Source of the DNA: a virus
DNA: 64,000 nucleotides
Virus record (IMG/VR): IMGVR_UViG_3300034418_009484
Coordinates: 1 to 64,000 of that record
Reading direction: 5' to 3' (one strand)
Shown piece by piece: positions 1 through 9,796 of the stretch. The notes under the pieces are model-generated. The model made no database searches. It had not been told where the DNA came from and saw only the letters and a list, made by a program, of their open reading frames with translations. Position 1 is the first letter of the stretch, and every line of letters starts with the position of its first letter. The translations under genes were made by a program, and so were the position numbers.

Positions 1-414
1 GAAATAGGTTTGCCCGATGCAGTTATTGACAATACAAGTGAAGGCAGTACACTAGTTATGTTGAAGGGGGCAACAAACATGGCCCCAGTATTATTAGAAA
101 TAGAACTTGATAAAGTAGATTATAGGTCTGCTAATTGGTCAAAGTTTGATGCTTCTACTGGACAAATTGTTATAGGCACAGTGGACACAGCAACAAACTC
201 TCACACACCAACAACGACAGTGTTTCAAGCAGACGATATAACAGAAGCAACGGCAGATCATTATAATAGTAGGTTGATTATATTTACTTCTGGTGTGCTT
301 ATTGGGCAAGCCACCACTATTACAGACTATTCAGCAGTTGGCGGAATAGGACAATTCACTGTTTCTACAATGACAGACGCTCCATCAAATGATGATACTT
401 TCATTATAGTGTAA
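1..414 (+). CDS. Virion structural protein, 5'-truncated by the window edge
   Basis: Frame is open from base 1 (EIGLPD...). T/D/S-rich, beta-strand-like; sits at the start of the structural arm. Confidence 0.55.
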   Translation, partial: EIGLPDAVIDNTSEGSTLVMLKGATNMAPVLLEIELDKVDYRSANWSKFDASTGQIVIGTVDTATNSHTPTTTVFQADDITEATADHYNSRLIIFTSGVLIGQATTITDYSAVGGIGQFTVSTMTDAPSNDDTFIIV

Positions 415-429
415 ACGTAGAGAAAATTT

Positions 430-2502
430 ATGTCAATAACACAACTGGGCTTAACGGGTACTCCTTCAAAACAGTATTCCGTAAGTCCAAAAAGAGCGGC
501 AACAACAGTAACCAAATCTATTGGAACTTCCAGTAGAGATTACTCTACGATGACCGCATGGGAAGCAGACCTAGACAACACTTTGGTGTATGTTTCTGGC
601 GATGATGCCGTGGGCGAGTGTTATAATGATTCAGATTTTACGGAGACTATTACTGTTAGCGGAGGTAGTACAGTAGGTCTTACTTCTGTTGCTTTAACAG
701 CAGCTAGTACAGAGAGGCATAATGGGACTGCTGGAACGGGGGTGAGGGTTCTGGGAGCATACACAGCATCCGTCAGCGGGAACAACACGATTCAGAGAAG
801 AATAGAATGGATTGAATATGATTATAATGGAAATAGTGGTGCTTCCTTCGTTGTGAGTGTTGCAGGGTTTGGAAATCCTGGCAACGCAACGGTATCTCAA
901 TTAATTGTTCATGATGCTCAGAACTCAGGTAGTACCTGTTCTGGAATCAAAACGGGTGACAAAGATGGCGATATTTTAAATTGTATTATATATGACATAA
1001 GATGTTCAAACGGTTTTAGTGCGGGAGCCTTGGGAGTATCTTGTTCCGTTTTTGGTTATGATTATAATATTCTTAATTGCACCGTTTATAATATAATCAA
1101 CGATAATGGTTCTGGGTCTGCGTTATGTTATTCTGGATTGGATGACGATCTTAGTAAAACGATGAAAAACTGTATTGGCATGGGCGTTGGAGGAACGTCA
1201 AGCGGTACAAAACAATGCTTCGCCTCAACGACCACCGTGAATGCAGATTACTCTCACAACCTATCATCCGACACTAGCGCTCCCGGCGCTAGTTCTGTCA
1301 CAAATTCTGTTACCGCAGATCAATTTGTTTCCATTGTATCTGGCTCAGAAGATCTCCATCTCAAATCAGGATCAGACGCTATCGGTGCGGGAGTAGATTT
1401 GGGAACAACCCCAGACGGAGTTCAGTACGATATAGACGGAGTTGATCGCGATGCTCGCGGAACAACGTGGGATATAGGTGCGGATCAAGCTGCTGGAACA
1501 GTTGGAAAAACCATTGGTACGTCTTCTCGCGATTATTCTACGATGACTCTTTGGGAAGCAGACCTAGACTCTGCGGGTTATCAAAGCGGTGACGATGCCG
1601 TAGGAGAATGTTATAATGATAGCACTTTTGATGAATCTGTTACTATAGATGGTGGAAGCACTGTTGGTTTAAATTCTTGCACCCTAACGGTCGCAAATGG
1701 AGAAAAACACGATGGAACCGCTGGTAATGGAGTAAGAATAGTAAGAACCGCAAACAGTTCATATATTATAAATAATACTGGATCTACACAAACAGAAATT
1801 TCTTGGCTTGAAATTGACGCTAATGGCTTTAATGCTACAGGAATGTGTAGAGGGGAGACGGATTCGGTTACATCATCTAGATTAAAAAATTTAATTGCTC
1901 ACGGTCAAAGCGGGGCTTCTAGTTTTAATGGATTTTTATTAAATAGAGGTAGTAGTTATTGCTTAAATAATATTCTTTATGATTGCATTAATACTCTTTC
2001 TGGCGGCGGTGGAAATGGATTTAAATCTGGATCTAGTACAGAGAATTGGCACAATAATACATGTTATCTTGTAAAAAGTGGAGTCTCACACACTTCTGGA
2101 TTTTTTTATGGTATGAGTTTTGCTTCTATAACTGCCTCAAATAATATATCTGTAGATTCTGGGACAGACGGCACAGCGACCGGAGCGGATTTTACTGGAA
2201 CTAGTGATTACAGTTTGTCGTCTGATTCTTCTGCGTCAGGAACCTCCGTATTAACAAACAAAACCTCTACCAATCAATTCGTCTCCATCGTTGGCGGTTC
2301 CGAGGATCTCCATCTTAAAGCTGGTGCAGATGCCATCGGTGCGGGAGTTGACTTAGGAACAACGCCAACTGGTGTAAATATAGATATAAACGGATTTGAC
2401 AGGGACTCGATAGATGTTGCTTGGGATATTGGCGCTCACCAATTTACAACAACTTTAAGTAATATATCAAATGCGTTAATTGCTTTTTTCCTTGATTTTT
2501 AA
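430..2502 (+). CDS. Virion adhesin/depolymerase-like protein with two tandem right-handed beta-helix (pectin-lyase-like) units
   Basis: Two units of about 330 aa, each starting K[ST]IGTSSRDYSTMTxWEADLD and ending EDLHLKxGxDAIGAGVDLGTTP...WDIGAxQ. Asn/Cys ladder motifs ILNCIIYD, ILNCTVYN, LNNILYD. Confidence 0.7.
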   Translation: MSITQLGLTGTPSKQYSVSPKRAATTVTKSIGTSSRDYSTMTAWEADLDNTLVYVSGDDAVGECYNDSDFTETITVSGGSTVGLTSVALTAASTERHNGTAGTGVRVLGAYTASVSGNNTIQRRIEWIEYDYNGNSGASFVVSVAGFGNPGNATVSQLIVHDAQNSGSTCSGIKTGDKDGDILNCIIYDIRCSNGFSAGALGVSCSVFGYDYNILNCTVYNIINDNGSGSALCYSGLDDDLSKTMKNCIGMGVGGTSSGTKQCFASTTTVNADYSHNLSSDTSAPGASSVTNSVTADQFVSIVSGSEDLHLKSGSDAIGAGVDLGTTPDGVQYDIDGVDRDARGTTWDIGADQAAGTVGKTIGTSSRDYSTMTLWEADLDSAGYQSGDDAVGECYNDSTFDESVTIDGGSTVGLNSCTLTVANGEKHDGTAGNGVRIVRTANSSYIINNTGSTQTEISWLEIDANGFNATGMCRGETDSVTSSRLKNLIAHGQSGASSFNGFLLNRGSSYCLNNILYDCINTLSGGGGNGFKSGSSTENWHNNTCYLVKSGVSHTSGFFYGMSFASITASNNISVDSGTDGTATGADFTGTSDYSLSSDSSASGTSVLTNKTSTNQFVSIVGGSEDLHLKAGADAIGAGVDLGTTPTGVNIDINGFDRDSIDVAWDIGAHQFTTTLSNISNALIAFFLDF
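505..2445 (+). repeat. Intragenic tandem duplication (units approx. 505-1491 and 1495-2445)
   Basis: Unit ends are near-identical in amino acid sequence; cores are divergent. Confidence 0.85.
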
Positions 2503-2515
2503 TTAGAGGTATAAA

Positions 2516-2695
2516 ATGCTTGGATTTCAACCTATATCAAGCGATCCGATATCTACTATTGAACTTATAGGAACACTGTTAATAGTGTTTAATAGGAAAA
2601 TTCCTATAGATACTCAAGGAGAAATAAATCCAAATATAAAAACTTTTGATTGGATTCTTAATGTTAGAGATTCAGTATGGAATATAAAATGTTAA
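2516..2695 (+). CDS. Small hypothetical virion protein (59 aa), absent from the ORF track
   Basis: GAGGT upstream of ATG; MLGFQPISSDPIST...KIPIDT...WILNVRDSVWNIKC*; fills the gap between two + genes. Confidence 0.7.
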   Translation: MLGFQPISSDPISTIELIGTLLIVFNRKIPIDTQGEINPNIKTFDWILNVRDSVWNIKC

Positions 2696-2705
2696 AGGTA
2701 AAAAT

Positions 2706-3443
2706 ATGAGTATAGTACCATCAGATATTGTTATTTATTCAAGCCAAAACATGCCTCAAGATGATTCTTCAGTTGCTGGAGGCGTAATAAATAGTGGTAT
2801 AAGAGTTGTATTTCAAGATGTTACAAATACTGGCGTAATAAATGCCGTAAGTGATAACGCATTAGATACTGGTAATATAACTGTAGTAGGCAGAGATGTT
2901 GTTGGCATCATTACTAGTGATACATTTCAATTAAATGGTATAACGCCCGTTGCAGGAACTCAAAATTTTGAAAGAATAATATCTTGTTCTGTAGATCAAA
3001 TAGCTAGTGGAAATATATCTGTAAGTGGAAATATATCTTTAGGATCAATATATCAGAATGAAAGTGGATTTACAAGACCATTTTATAATGCAACTGCTAA
3101 TCCTAATGGTGGTGCAGATAAAGTATTATATGAGAAGGTATTTATTAAGAATAATAACACAACCAATGCTCTACTTGATGCTACAGTTCAAGAAATTTCG
3201 TCTGGTTTATATTCAAAAATTCAATTTGGATTGGAAAAAGGTCAAAATTATAATGAGTCAGTTGCTAATAGGCTAACCGCCCCAACAGGCGTAACTTCTT
3301 ATGGTAGCGGTATTAGTGGTGTTTCAAATACTAATATATCTCCTTTGGATGCTCAAGGAGTTTGGTTAAAATTTGATCTAAATGCAGGCGATTCTGCACA
3401 AGATAGTTTTTATCAGTTGCAAATAGCAGGAGGTACTACATAA
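2706..3443 (+). CDS. Putative virion structural protein
   Basis: 245 aa, S/G/N/T-rich; TAATG coupling to the next gene. Confidence 0.55.
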   Translation: MSIVPSDIVIYSSQNMPQDDSSVAGGVINSGIRVVFQDVTNTGVINAVSDNALDTGNITVVGRDVVGIITSDTFQLNGITPVAGTQNFERIISCSVDQIASGNISVSGNISLGSIYQNESGFTRPFYNATANPNGGADKVLYEKVFIKNNNTTNALLDATVQEISSGLYSKIQFGLEKGQNYNESVANRLTAPTGVTSYGSGISGVSNTNISPLDAQGVWLKFDLNAGDSAQDSFYQLQIAGGTT

Positions 3444-3850
3444 TGCCTACTCCTTTAACAGTTGAAAAAAATTTTATTGGGTTAAGAGTTGATTCTATTG
3501 CGTCTGTTTTACTTGATTACAAGATACCTATAGAAAATATTTCTTTTGCGTCTGTAGTAATTTCGCCAGAAATACCTATTGAAAATATTGCTTCTATATT
3601 AGAGGCAAATAATATTCCTGTAGAAATACAATCAGATGTAGTTTTAATAACAACTGATAAAAACATACCTATTGAAGTTATATCACAAATAATATCTAAT
3701 AATGATATACCTGTTGAAGTATTTAGAGATATTGATGGTGACTCTATTTGGAGCTTGAATAAGAGGGGTATATTATGGGGGATGAGCGAAAGACAAATTA
3801 TTTGGAATATTGAAAATTTTGGTGTACTTTGGGTTAGAGAAGATAAATAA
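3443..3850 (+). CDS. Hypothetical protein with five IP[IV]E repeats
   Basis: KIPIEN, EIPIEN, NIPVEI, NIPIEV, DIPVEV, then a Trp-periodic C-terminus. Confidence 0.6.
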   Translation: MPTPLTVEKNFIGLRVDSIASVLLDYKIPIENISFASVVISPEIPIENIASILEANNIPVEIQSDVVLITTDKNIPIEVISQIISNNDIPVEVFRDIDGDSIWSLNKRGILWGMSERQIIWNIENFGVLWVREDK

Positions 3851-3874
3851 TTTAAATTAATTTGGAGTATTTAA

Positions 3875-4195
3875 ATGAGTGTTACCGCTAGTCAAGAACT
3901 TTGCAAGCAGCCTGCTGAAAAGAGAAGGTTTGCTATGGAGTTTTCGAGCTTGCTAGGCTCAAGTGAAACTATCTCAACTATTAATTCAATTAATTCTGAA
4001 ACAATTAATGGAGATACTTCAGATTTACTTATAACTGTTCCTGCTATTGTTGATGGGTTTGCAACAGATAGCCGAGTTCAAGTATGGATTCAGCAAGGAA
4101 CTTCCGGTTTAAAGTATAGAATAGAAATTTTAGTAACTACTTCTGATGGTCAAATATTAGAAGGTGACGGTATTTTAAAAGTAACAGACAGGTAA
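3875..4195 (+). CDS. Phage fibre-tail adaptor-like protein
   Basis: KQPAEKRRFAMEFSSLL...VWIQQGTSGLKYRIEILVTTSDGQILE matches the remembered KxPxE...GxxYxi...TTsxG small phage Ig-like family. Confidence 0.55.
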   Translation: MSVTASQELCKQPAEKRRFAMEFSSLLGSSETISTINSINSETINGDTSDLLITVPAIVDGFATDSRVQVWIQQGTSGLKYRIEILVTTSDGQILEGDGILKVTDR

Positions 4196-4199
4196 AAAC

Positions 4200-4742
4200 A
4201 TGGCAAGTTGGCAAAATACTAGTTTGATTATGTTACGCACTATGTTGAATGATGTAGGATGCGGTGAAACAAAATATTCAAACTCAAGGCTTGAGCAGTT
4301 ATTAATAACTTCTGCTTATTTTCTTCCTATTGATATAAATTTTAATAGTAATTATGTAGTAGATGTTGAGCAAAATACAATTTCTCCTGATCCTATTAAT
4401 CAAGATGATGGAACAGAATTTATTAACTTTATGGTTTTACGAGCGGCCTGTATTGCTGATGAAGGCAATTTTAGAAACGCTGCATTGCTACAGGGCGTTA
4501 CCGCTAGGTGTGGTCCTGCTGTGTTGCAGACTAGTAGTTATGGTCAATATTTAAAAGACCTTTTAACAGAAGGTCCGTGTAAAACTTATGAAGATTTGAA
4601 AAATGAATATAACTTTAGTTATGAAGGAAGAAAAATTATTAGAGCAGTTATGTCTCCGTTTGTATCTAATGATTTTTATCCTCCTATGAATGATGGTGGT
4701 TTCGGACAATTAGATACACAGAACCCACATAGAAGTAGATAA
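4200..4742 (+). CDS. Putative head-tail adaptor protein
   Basis: N-terminal LRTMLND...YSNSRLEQLL pattern typical of connector proteins; position before neck genes. Confidence 0.5.
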   Translation: MASWQNTSLIMLRTMLNDVGCGETKYSNSRLEQLLITSAYFLPIDINFNSNYVVDVEQNTISPDPINQDDGTEFINFMVLRAACIADEGNFRNAALLQGVTARCGPAVLQTSSYGQYLKDLLTEGPCKTYEDLKNEYNFSYEGRKIIRAVMSPFVSNDFYPPMNDGGFGQLDTQNPHRSR

Positions 4743-4761
4743 TAAAATTTTGGAGTAAAAA

Positions 4762-4971
4762 ATGACTATTATATATCAGCCTAAAGGCTCAGGTACTGAA
4801 CATAAAGAAGGTACTATCGTTGTAAATTCACCAAGGGGCGCTTCTGCTGCTTCCGGCATTACATCTAATTATACAATTGATACTTATGTTACAAATTTAC
4901 CAACAACTGGTACTATAAACGATAAATATGATATTAGATTTACTGGTTGCGGTGATGTTTGTGGAAGTTAA
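4762..4971 (+). CDS. Hypothetical protein (69 aa)
   Basis: GGAG upstream; in operon. Confidence 0.6.
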   Translation: MTIIYQPKGSGTEHKEGTIVVNSPRGASAASGITSNYTIDTYVTNLPTTGTINDKYDIRFTGCGDVCGS

Positions 4972-4973
4972 AT

Positions 4974-5498
4974 ATGAATGCTTTTTCAGGAATAATCAAT
5001 AGCGATTTTAAGAATCTATTTAATAATGCTATTTCTGCATTGCTATATGACGATTCTTGCACACTGCCATGTACTTTATACTATGGTGTTACCAAGTATG
5101 AAGATTGTGTAAATTGTGTGTATGATCCTATTGGGCAAAAATCTTCTAATAGATTTCAAGATGGTGGTCCTATTCCATTTCCTTTTGGAAGTATATGTCC
5201 AATGTGTAATGGGAATGGTAAAAAACCAGTTGAAACTTCGGAAGATATAAATTTAATGATAATTTGGAATGTAAAAGAATTTGTAAATTTTGGTACTGTA
5301 AATGATGGTACTGACGACATGATTCAAACTATTACTTTTGCAACAAATACTCCTAAGTTAGTTAGAGCTAAAGAAATAATTGTAGCAAGTGATATAGAAG
5401 AATATACAAGACATAGATTTGAAAGAGCCTCTATGCCAAAACCGTGCGGCTTAGGAAATACTACATTTGTTGAATGTATTTGGAAAAGGTCAGGGTAA
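4974..5498 (+). CDS. Putative head-closure/neck protein with Cys motifs
   Basis: ATG at 4974 preferred to TTG at 4959. CxNC...CPMCNGNG motif; synteny. Confidence 0.45.
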   Translation: MNAFSGIINSDFKNLFNNAISALLYDDSCTLPCTLYYGVTKYEDCVNCVYDPIGQKSSNRFQDGGPIPFPFGSICPMCNGNGKKPVETSEDINLMIIWNVKEFVNFGTVNDGTDDMIQTITFATNTPKLVRAKEIIVASDIEEYTRHRFERASMPKPCGLGNTTFVECIWKRSG

Positions 5499-6133
5499 TG
5501 AGTATACAGGCAAAAATTGAATTGCCAAATTTTGATTCAGAATTTGATAAAAATATTAAAAAAGAAATAACAAATATTATATTGAAAAATATTAATGGGG
5601 TTGTTTCTAATATAGAAAAAAGATTAAAGATAATTGTTAAAAACTTAATAGAATCTTCGCCAGAATATAGCTCTATTAAAAGTGGTGATTTAAAAGGCGA
5701 GCTTGGAATTGTTTCTTCCAGTTCTATTGATGCAATAATAAGTAAATTTGTAGAAAGCGTAAAAGTTGAATACAAAAAGAATAAAGGATTTGGAAATATT
5801 GTTATAAAGATAATAAACTCAGATTATTCTGATGTTTTAACATTACCAGAAGCTTCTTATGTTTATTCTTCTAAACGTGGAGGTGGTGTTATTGAATGGC
5901 TACGTTGGTTGCTTCTTGAAGGCACTTCAATAATAGTTACTGAATATGATTTTGAAGCAGGACCGAGAGGTAGAACTGGTAGGGGTATAATGGTGAAAAA
6001 AATTGGCGGTTGGTCAGTTCCGGTAGAATTTGCTGGAACTGCCACTGACAATTTTGTTACACGTTCGTTATCTTCAATACAGGATGATATAGATATTACC
6101 GTAAGGCAAGAGATTACCAAAGGTTTAAAATAA
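5498..6133 (+). CDS. Putative neck/tail-completion protein
   Basis: TAATG-coupled start at 5498. WLRWLLLEG...GRTG...W.VP.EFAGT..NFVTR; synteny. Confidence 0.45.
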   Translation: MSIQAKIELPNFDSEFDKNIKKEITNIILKNINGVVSNIEKRLKIIVKNLIESSPEYSSIKSGDLKGELGIVSSSSIDAIISKFVESVKVEYKKNKGFGNIVIKIINSDYSDVLTLPEASYVYSSKRGGGVIEWLRWLLLEGTSIIVTEYDFEAGPRGRTGRGIMVKKIGGWSVPVEFAGTATDNFVTRSLSSIQDDIDITVRQEITKGLK

Positions 6134-7092
6134 TGGCTGTTTGTGGATTTAATAAAAGACTTAATAAGCATGTTACCAATATAGGTACTAGCTTATTAAC
6201 ATCTCAAATTGAGACTAACTTAAAAAGCTATTTAGATTGGGGATTATTAGGCGTTGGTTCATTTTCAAATGTAAATATTCCAACTTCTGGTGCTTTTGGT
6301 GGAACTTTTGATAAACTTAGGCTAGTTGACGATCCTTCATATATAGACGGTCAAGTTTGGGAAAGTCCAAGAAAAGATTGGGTTTGGGAAACTGGTGTTT
6401 ATTATGACACTCAACCAACAAATATTTCTGGCGTAAATGTTAATGGTATTTTTTACGGTACTGGAGATGCTACATATGGACATCATTATAATTATCCATT
6501 AGGAAGGGTTGTTTTCGATTCTGCTATACCAGTAAATAGTAATGTTCAATTAGAATATTCGTATCGAAATGTTCAAACATATATAGCGGATCAAGCTCCG
6601 TGGTGGGATGAAATTCAATACGGATCTTATAGGGTTGACGATTCTACTTTATATGATGTTGGATCAGGAAATTGGCAAATATTATCTAATCATAGAGTTC
6701 AACTTCCAGCGGTTGTTTTAGAAGCAACTTCTAGAAGGTCGTTTAAGCCTTATGAATTAGGCACTGTGAGTAATTTTGTATACACAGATGTTTTATTTCA
6801 TATACTATCTGAATCAAGATGGTGGAGAAATCAATTGGTTGATATAATTTCTCTAGAAAAAGATAGAAGTATATGGCTTTATGATAATAATCAAGTTGCT
6901 AGTGCTACTGGATATCCTTTAGATCATAGAGGCATGAAAGTTTCTAGTCCATTAATGTATCCTTATTTAGTTGATAATTACAGATATAAAATGGCTAGAT
7001 TTTTTAATATGGCTGTAACTGAAATGGAAAGTCCTAATAGCAGGCTGCATAGAGCAACAGTTAGGGCTACTTTTGAGATTGTTATGGCTTGA
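6133..7092 (+). CDS. Putative tail terminator/completion protein
   Basis: QLPAVVLE...YELG motif; immediately upstream of the major tail gene. Confidence 0.45.
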   Translation: MAVCGFNKRLNKHVTNIGTSLLTSQIETNLKSYLDWGLLGVGSFSNVNIPTSGAFGGTFDKLRLVDDPSYIDGQVWESPRKDWVWETGVYYDTQPTNISGVNVNGIFYGTGDATYGHHYNYPLGRVVFDSAIPVNSNVQLEYSYRNVQTYIADQAPWWDEIQYGSYRVDDSTLYDVGSGNWQILSNHRVQLPAVVLEATSRRSFKPYELGTVSNFVYTDVLFHILSESRWWRNQLVDIISLEKDRSIWLYDNNQVASATGYPLDHRGMKVSSPLMYPYLVDNYRYKMARFFNMAVTEMESPNSRLHRATVRATFEIVMA

Positions 7093-7100
7093 TTTTTTTA

Positions 7101-7122
7101 AATTGGTGTATTTAATTTAAGG
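7101..7122 (+). promoter_or_regulatory. Candidate phage promoter (GGTGTA + AT-rich)
   Basis: GGTGTATTTAATTTAAGG upstream of the tail tube gene; similar motifs at 56782, 58124 and 59854 on the - strand. Confidence 0.45.
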
Positions 7123-7178
7123 TAAATAAAAAAATACAATTCCTACCTATTAAAGATAAGATAACTAGGAGATAAATA

Positions 7179-8327
7179 ATGGCTAATAATAATAGAATTT
7201 ATTACCCTATGCAACAGGTTGCTTTTCGTAAGCCTGGAACCACTGTATATCGTGAAGCGCATGGGGTTCAAAGTGTTGCTATTACAACAACATTTAATCT
7301 TGAACAAGCTTTTGAGCTTGGTCAACTTGCGATTTATGAAAATATTGAAGGTATTCCAAATGTTGAAGTTACTCTAAATAAAGTTTTAGATGGATATCCG
7401 CTTTTATATTGTTTGGCTACAGCTACTAATGCTGCTGGTACTACCATTGAAAAGCCACAATTGGTTCAAAGGGCAGTTGGTGAAACTGTCATGAGTTTGG
7501 GCATTTGGCCTGAAACACAAGAAGCTGTATCGGGTCTTCCTTCCACATTTTGTGAAATGTCAGGCTTGACCGTTTCTTCTGTTAGTTATACATTCCCAAG
7601 TGAAGGTAACTTTACAGAAGATCTTAGTCTTGCTGGATTTAATAAAGTCTGGAGTACTTATGTTACTGGTGCTTCAGAATGCGAAGCTCCGTGGGCAACT
7701 GGAAGTCCAACTGGCGCTCCTAGTTTTCAAGATAATGCAGACGCCCCGATTGGTTCTGGCGGTGTAAACCAAAGAGAAAATATGATTTGGGCCATTAGTA
7801 ATCAGCAGGCCAGTTCAGCAGGAGGTGGAGATTATGGTATTCTTCCAACTGATATTCCTGGCGTTCAAGGATCTGGTTTCTTAAATAGAAGTATTGCTCA
7901 TATTTCTAACGTTTCAGTTAGTACAGACTTTTCTAGAGAAGACTTGTTTGAATTAGGTTCCAGAAGCCCTTATGCTAGAACAGTTACTTTCCCTGTTGAA
8001 GTCACATGTTCTATTGATGTTATTTCTGTTTCTGGTGACTTGGTTAATGCTTTAGACAATTGTAATGCAGACGTTGCATGTGAAACACCATCTAACTTGA
8101 GCGATCAAAAAATTAGATTGGCAACTTGCGAAGGCACTAGAATTTATCTTGGAGAAAAAAATAAATTATCTTCTGTCAGTTATGGTGGAGGTGATGCTGG
8201 TGGTGGAAATGTTACAGTAACGTATGAATATCAGACATTCAATGACTTTACTGTTCTTCATTCTGGCGATAATTTTAACACATCAGGTCAAGATATTTGG
8301 TCGAAACGTAGTAATTATTTGACTTAA
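7179..8327 (+). CDS. Major tail (tube) protein
   Basis: Strong AGGAG RBS and its own terminator. Two related halves (EQAFELGQ / EDLFELGS); upstream of chaperones and TMP. Confidence 0.65.
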   Translation: MANNNRIYYPMQQVAFRKPGTTVYREAHGVQSVAITTTFNLEQAFELGQLAIYENIEGIPNVEVTLNKVLDGYPLLYCLATATNAAGTTIEKPQLVQRAVGETVMSLGIWPETQEAVSGLPSTFCEMSGLTVSSVSYTFPSEGNFTEDLSLAGFNKVWSTYVTGASECEAPWATGSPTGAPSFQDNADAPIGSGGVNQRENMIWAISNQQASSAGGGDYGILPTDIPGVQGSGFLNRSIAHISNVSVSTDFSREDLFELGSRSPYARTVTFPVEVTCSIDVISVSGDLVNALDNCNADVACETPSNLSDQKIRLATCEGTRIYLGEKNKLSSVSYGGGDAGGGNVTVTYEYQTFNDFTVLHSGDNFNTSGQDIWSKRSNYLT

Positions 8328-8360
8328 TAAATAACTGATGTTTGAGATAAATAAATTAAG

Positions 8361-8396
8361 AGGGGAGGGAGGTTGTCTCCTTTCCCTTTTTATTTT
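8361..8396 (+). terminator. Intrinsic terminator
   Basis: AGGGGAGGGAG-gttgt-CTCCTTTCCCT, an 11-bp stem with GU pairs, followed by TTTTATTTT. Confidence 0.75.
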
Positions 8397-8408
8397 AGGA
8401 AATAGGAT

Positions 8409-9467
8409 ATGGACCAACAAAAGAAATTTTCATTAATAAATAGAATATCTACTGGAATAATATTTCAATCAGTAGAAGGAAACCTCTATAAATTATTGCC
8501 TCCTGATAATGAAATCAAGGCATTATCTGAATTTGTATATCAAGAAATGTTATACAATACAAAGTTTGACCAATTAATAAATAAAAGTCAAGCATCTTAT
8601 TTTCTGCAAAAAAAGAATATTTGGATTCCTTCTGATGAAAAAAAATTAGAAGATAATAACAAATTTATTGACGAATTAAAAATAGCTTTGTATAAATCTC
8701 TATATAATAATAAAGAACAGAAGCAGATTAGAAAAAAAATATCAATTGTTCAAAAAAATATTAATAAGCTATTAATGGCAAAACATTCACTTGATTATAT
8801 GACTTTAGAAAATTTTTCTGAAACTATAAGGGATGAATTTTTAATTGCTAATTGTATTCATACTTTAGATAATCAAAAGGTTTACAACTATAATAATTTT
8901 TGGCAAAGCGATTCAACTATTTTAAATAAATTTACAACCTTTATTCAAATGAATGTTATATCTTCTGAGGAGTATAGGGAAATAGCTAGGTCTGAGCCAT
9001 TTAGATCATTATGGCTAATAAGTAAAAGTGATATTTTTTCTAAACCTTCTTTAGAATTAACATTAGATCAAAAGAATATGATTTTATATTCTAAGATGTA
9101 TGATAATGTATATGAAAGCCAGGATAGACCCTCTGATGAAGTTATAGAAGATGATTTGATGCTAGACGGATGGTTTTCATTTCAAAAGAAAAAGAATGAG
9201 TTAGAAAGAAAGCAAAAAGAAGTTGATGATCTACTCAACAAAAAAGGATCAAATTCTGGTGCTGGGGATGTTTTTGTTATGAGTCCTAGCAGAGATGAGG
9301 CTAAAAGGGTTAGCGAATTAAATGATTTGAATGCTAAGATGAAATTAAAGCAAAGAAGAAATCAGATTGAAAAACAAGGAGTAGTTTCAGAAGAAAAGTT
9401 TGCAGATGTAAAAATGGATTTAAGAAATCAGGCTATGCAAAAAATGGCTAATAGATTTAAAGGATAG
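8409..9467 (+). CDS. Hypothetical protein, possible tail assembly factor
   Basis: 352 aa, helical and K-rich; lies between tube and TMP genes. Confidence 0.5.
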   Translation: MDQQKKFSLINRISTGIIFQSVEGNLYKLLPPDNEIKALSEFVYQEMLYNTKFDQLINKSQASYFLQKKNIWIPSDEKKLEDNNKFIDELKIALYKSLYNNKEQKQIRKKISIVQKNINKLLMAKHSLDYMTLENFSETIRDEFLIANCIHTLDNQKVYNYNNFWQSDSTILNKFTTFIQMNVISSEEYREIARSEPFRSLWLISKSDIFSKPSLELTLDQKNMILYSKMYDNVYESQDRPSDEVIEDDLMLDGWFSFQKKKNELERKQKEVDDLLNKKGSNSGAGDVFVMSPSRDEAKRVSELNDLNAKMKLKQRRNQIEKQGVVSEEKFADVKMDLRNQAMQKMANRFKG

Positions 9468-9469
9468 TT

Positions 9470-9784
9470 ATGAATGATAAAGAGTATAAAGATTTTTCAA
9501 AAAAAAGATTTTCAAATAATTTAGATAAAAAATTTAATACAACAATTATTGGTTCTTTAGCTAAATTTGAAGAGAATTTTGGTTTTTTGTGGGGTCATGG
9601 AATTCCTTATGCGGATTTAACAGATCAGCAAAAAGAGTTCAGAAAGATTTGGAAAAAGACAAGAATTTCTATATTAGATTCTGGTCATTCTAATTTGAGA
9701 GCTTGTCAAAGCGAGTTAAACCAATACGATGTTCATTGGAACAAGTATGTTACTAATTTAATTAATTTTAATTCTGAGGAATAA
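9470..9784 (+). CDS. Hypothetical protein
   Basis: 104-aa ORF in operon. Confidence 0.6.
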   Translation: MNDKEYKDFSKKRFSNNLDKKFNTTIIGSLAKFEENFGFLWGHGIPYADLTDQQKEFRKIWKKTRISILDSGHSNLRACQSELNQYDVHWNKYVTNLINFNSEE

Positions 9785-9796
9785 TAGGGGATAAGT

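Noticed and set aside
430-2502. Diversity-generating retroelement TR/VR pair
   Set aside because: Both repeats are coding, the differences are not adenine-specific, and no reverse transcriptase is in the window.
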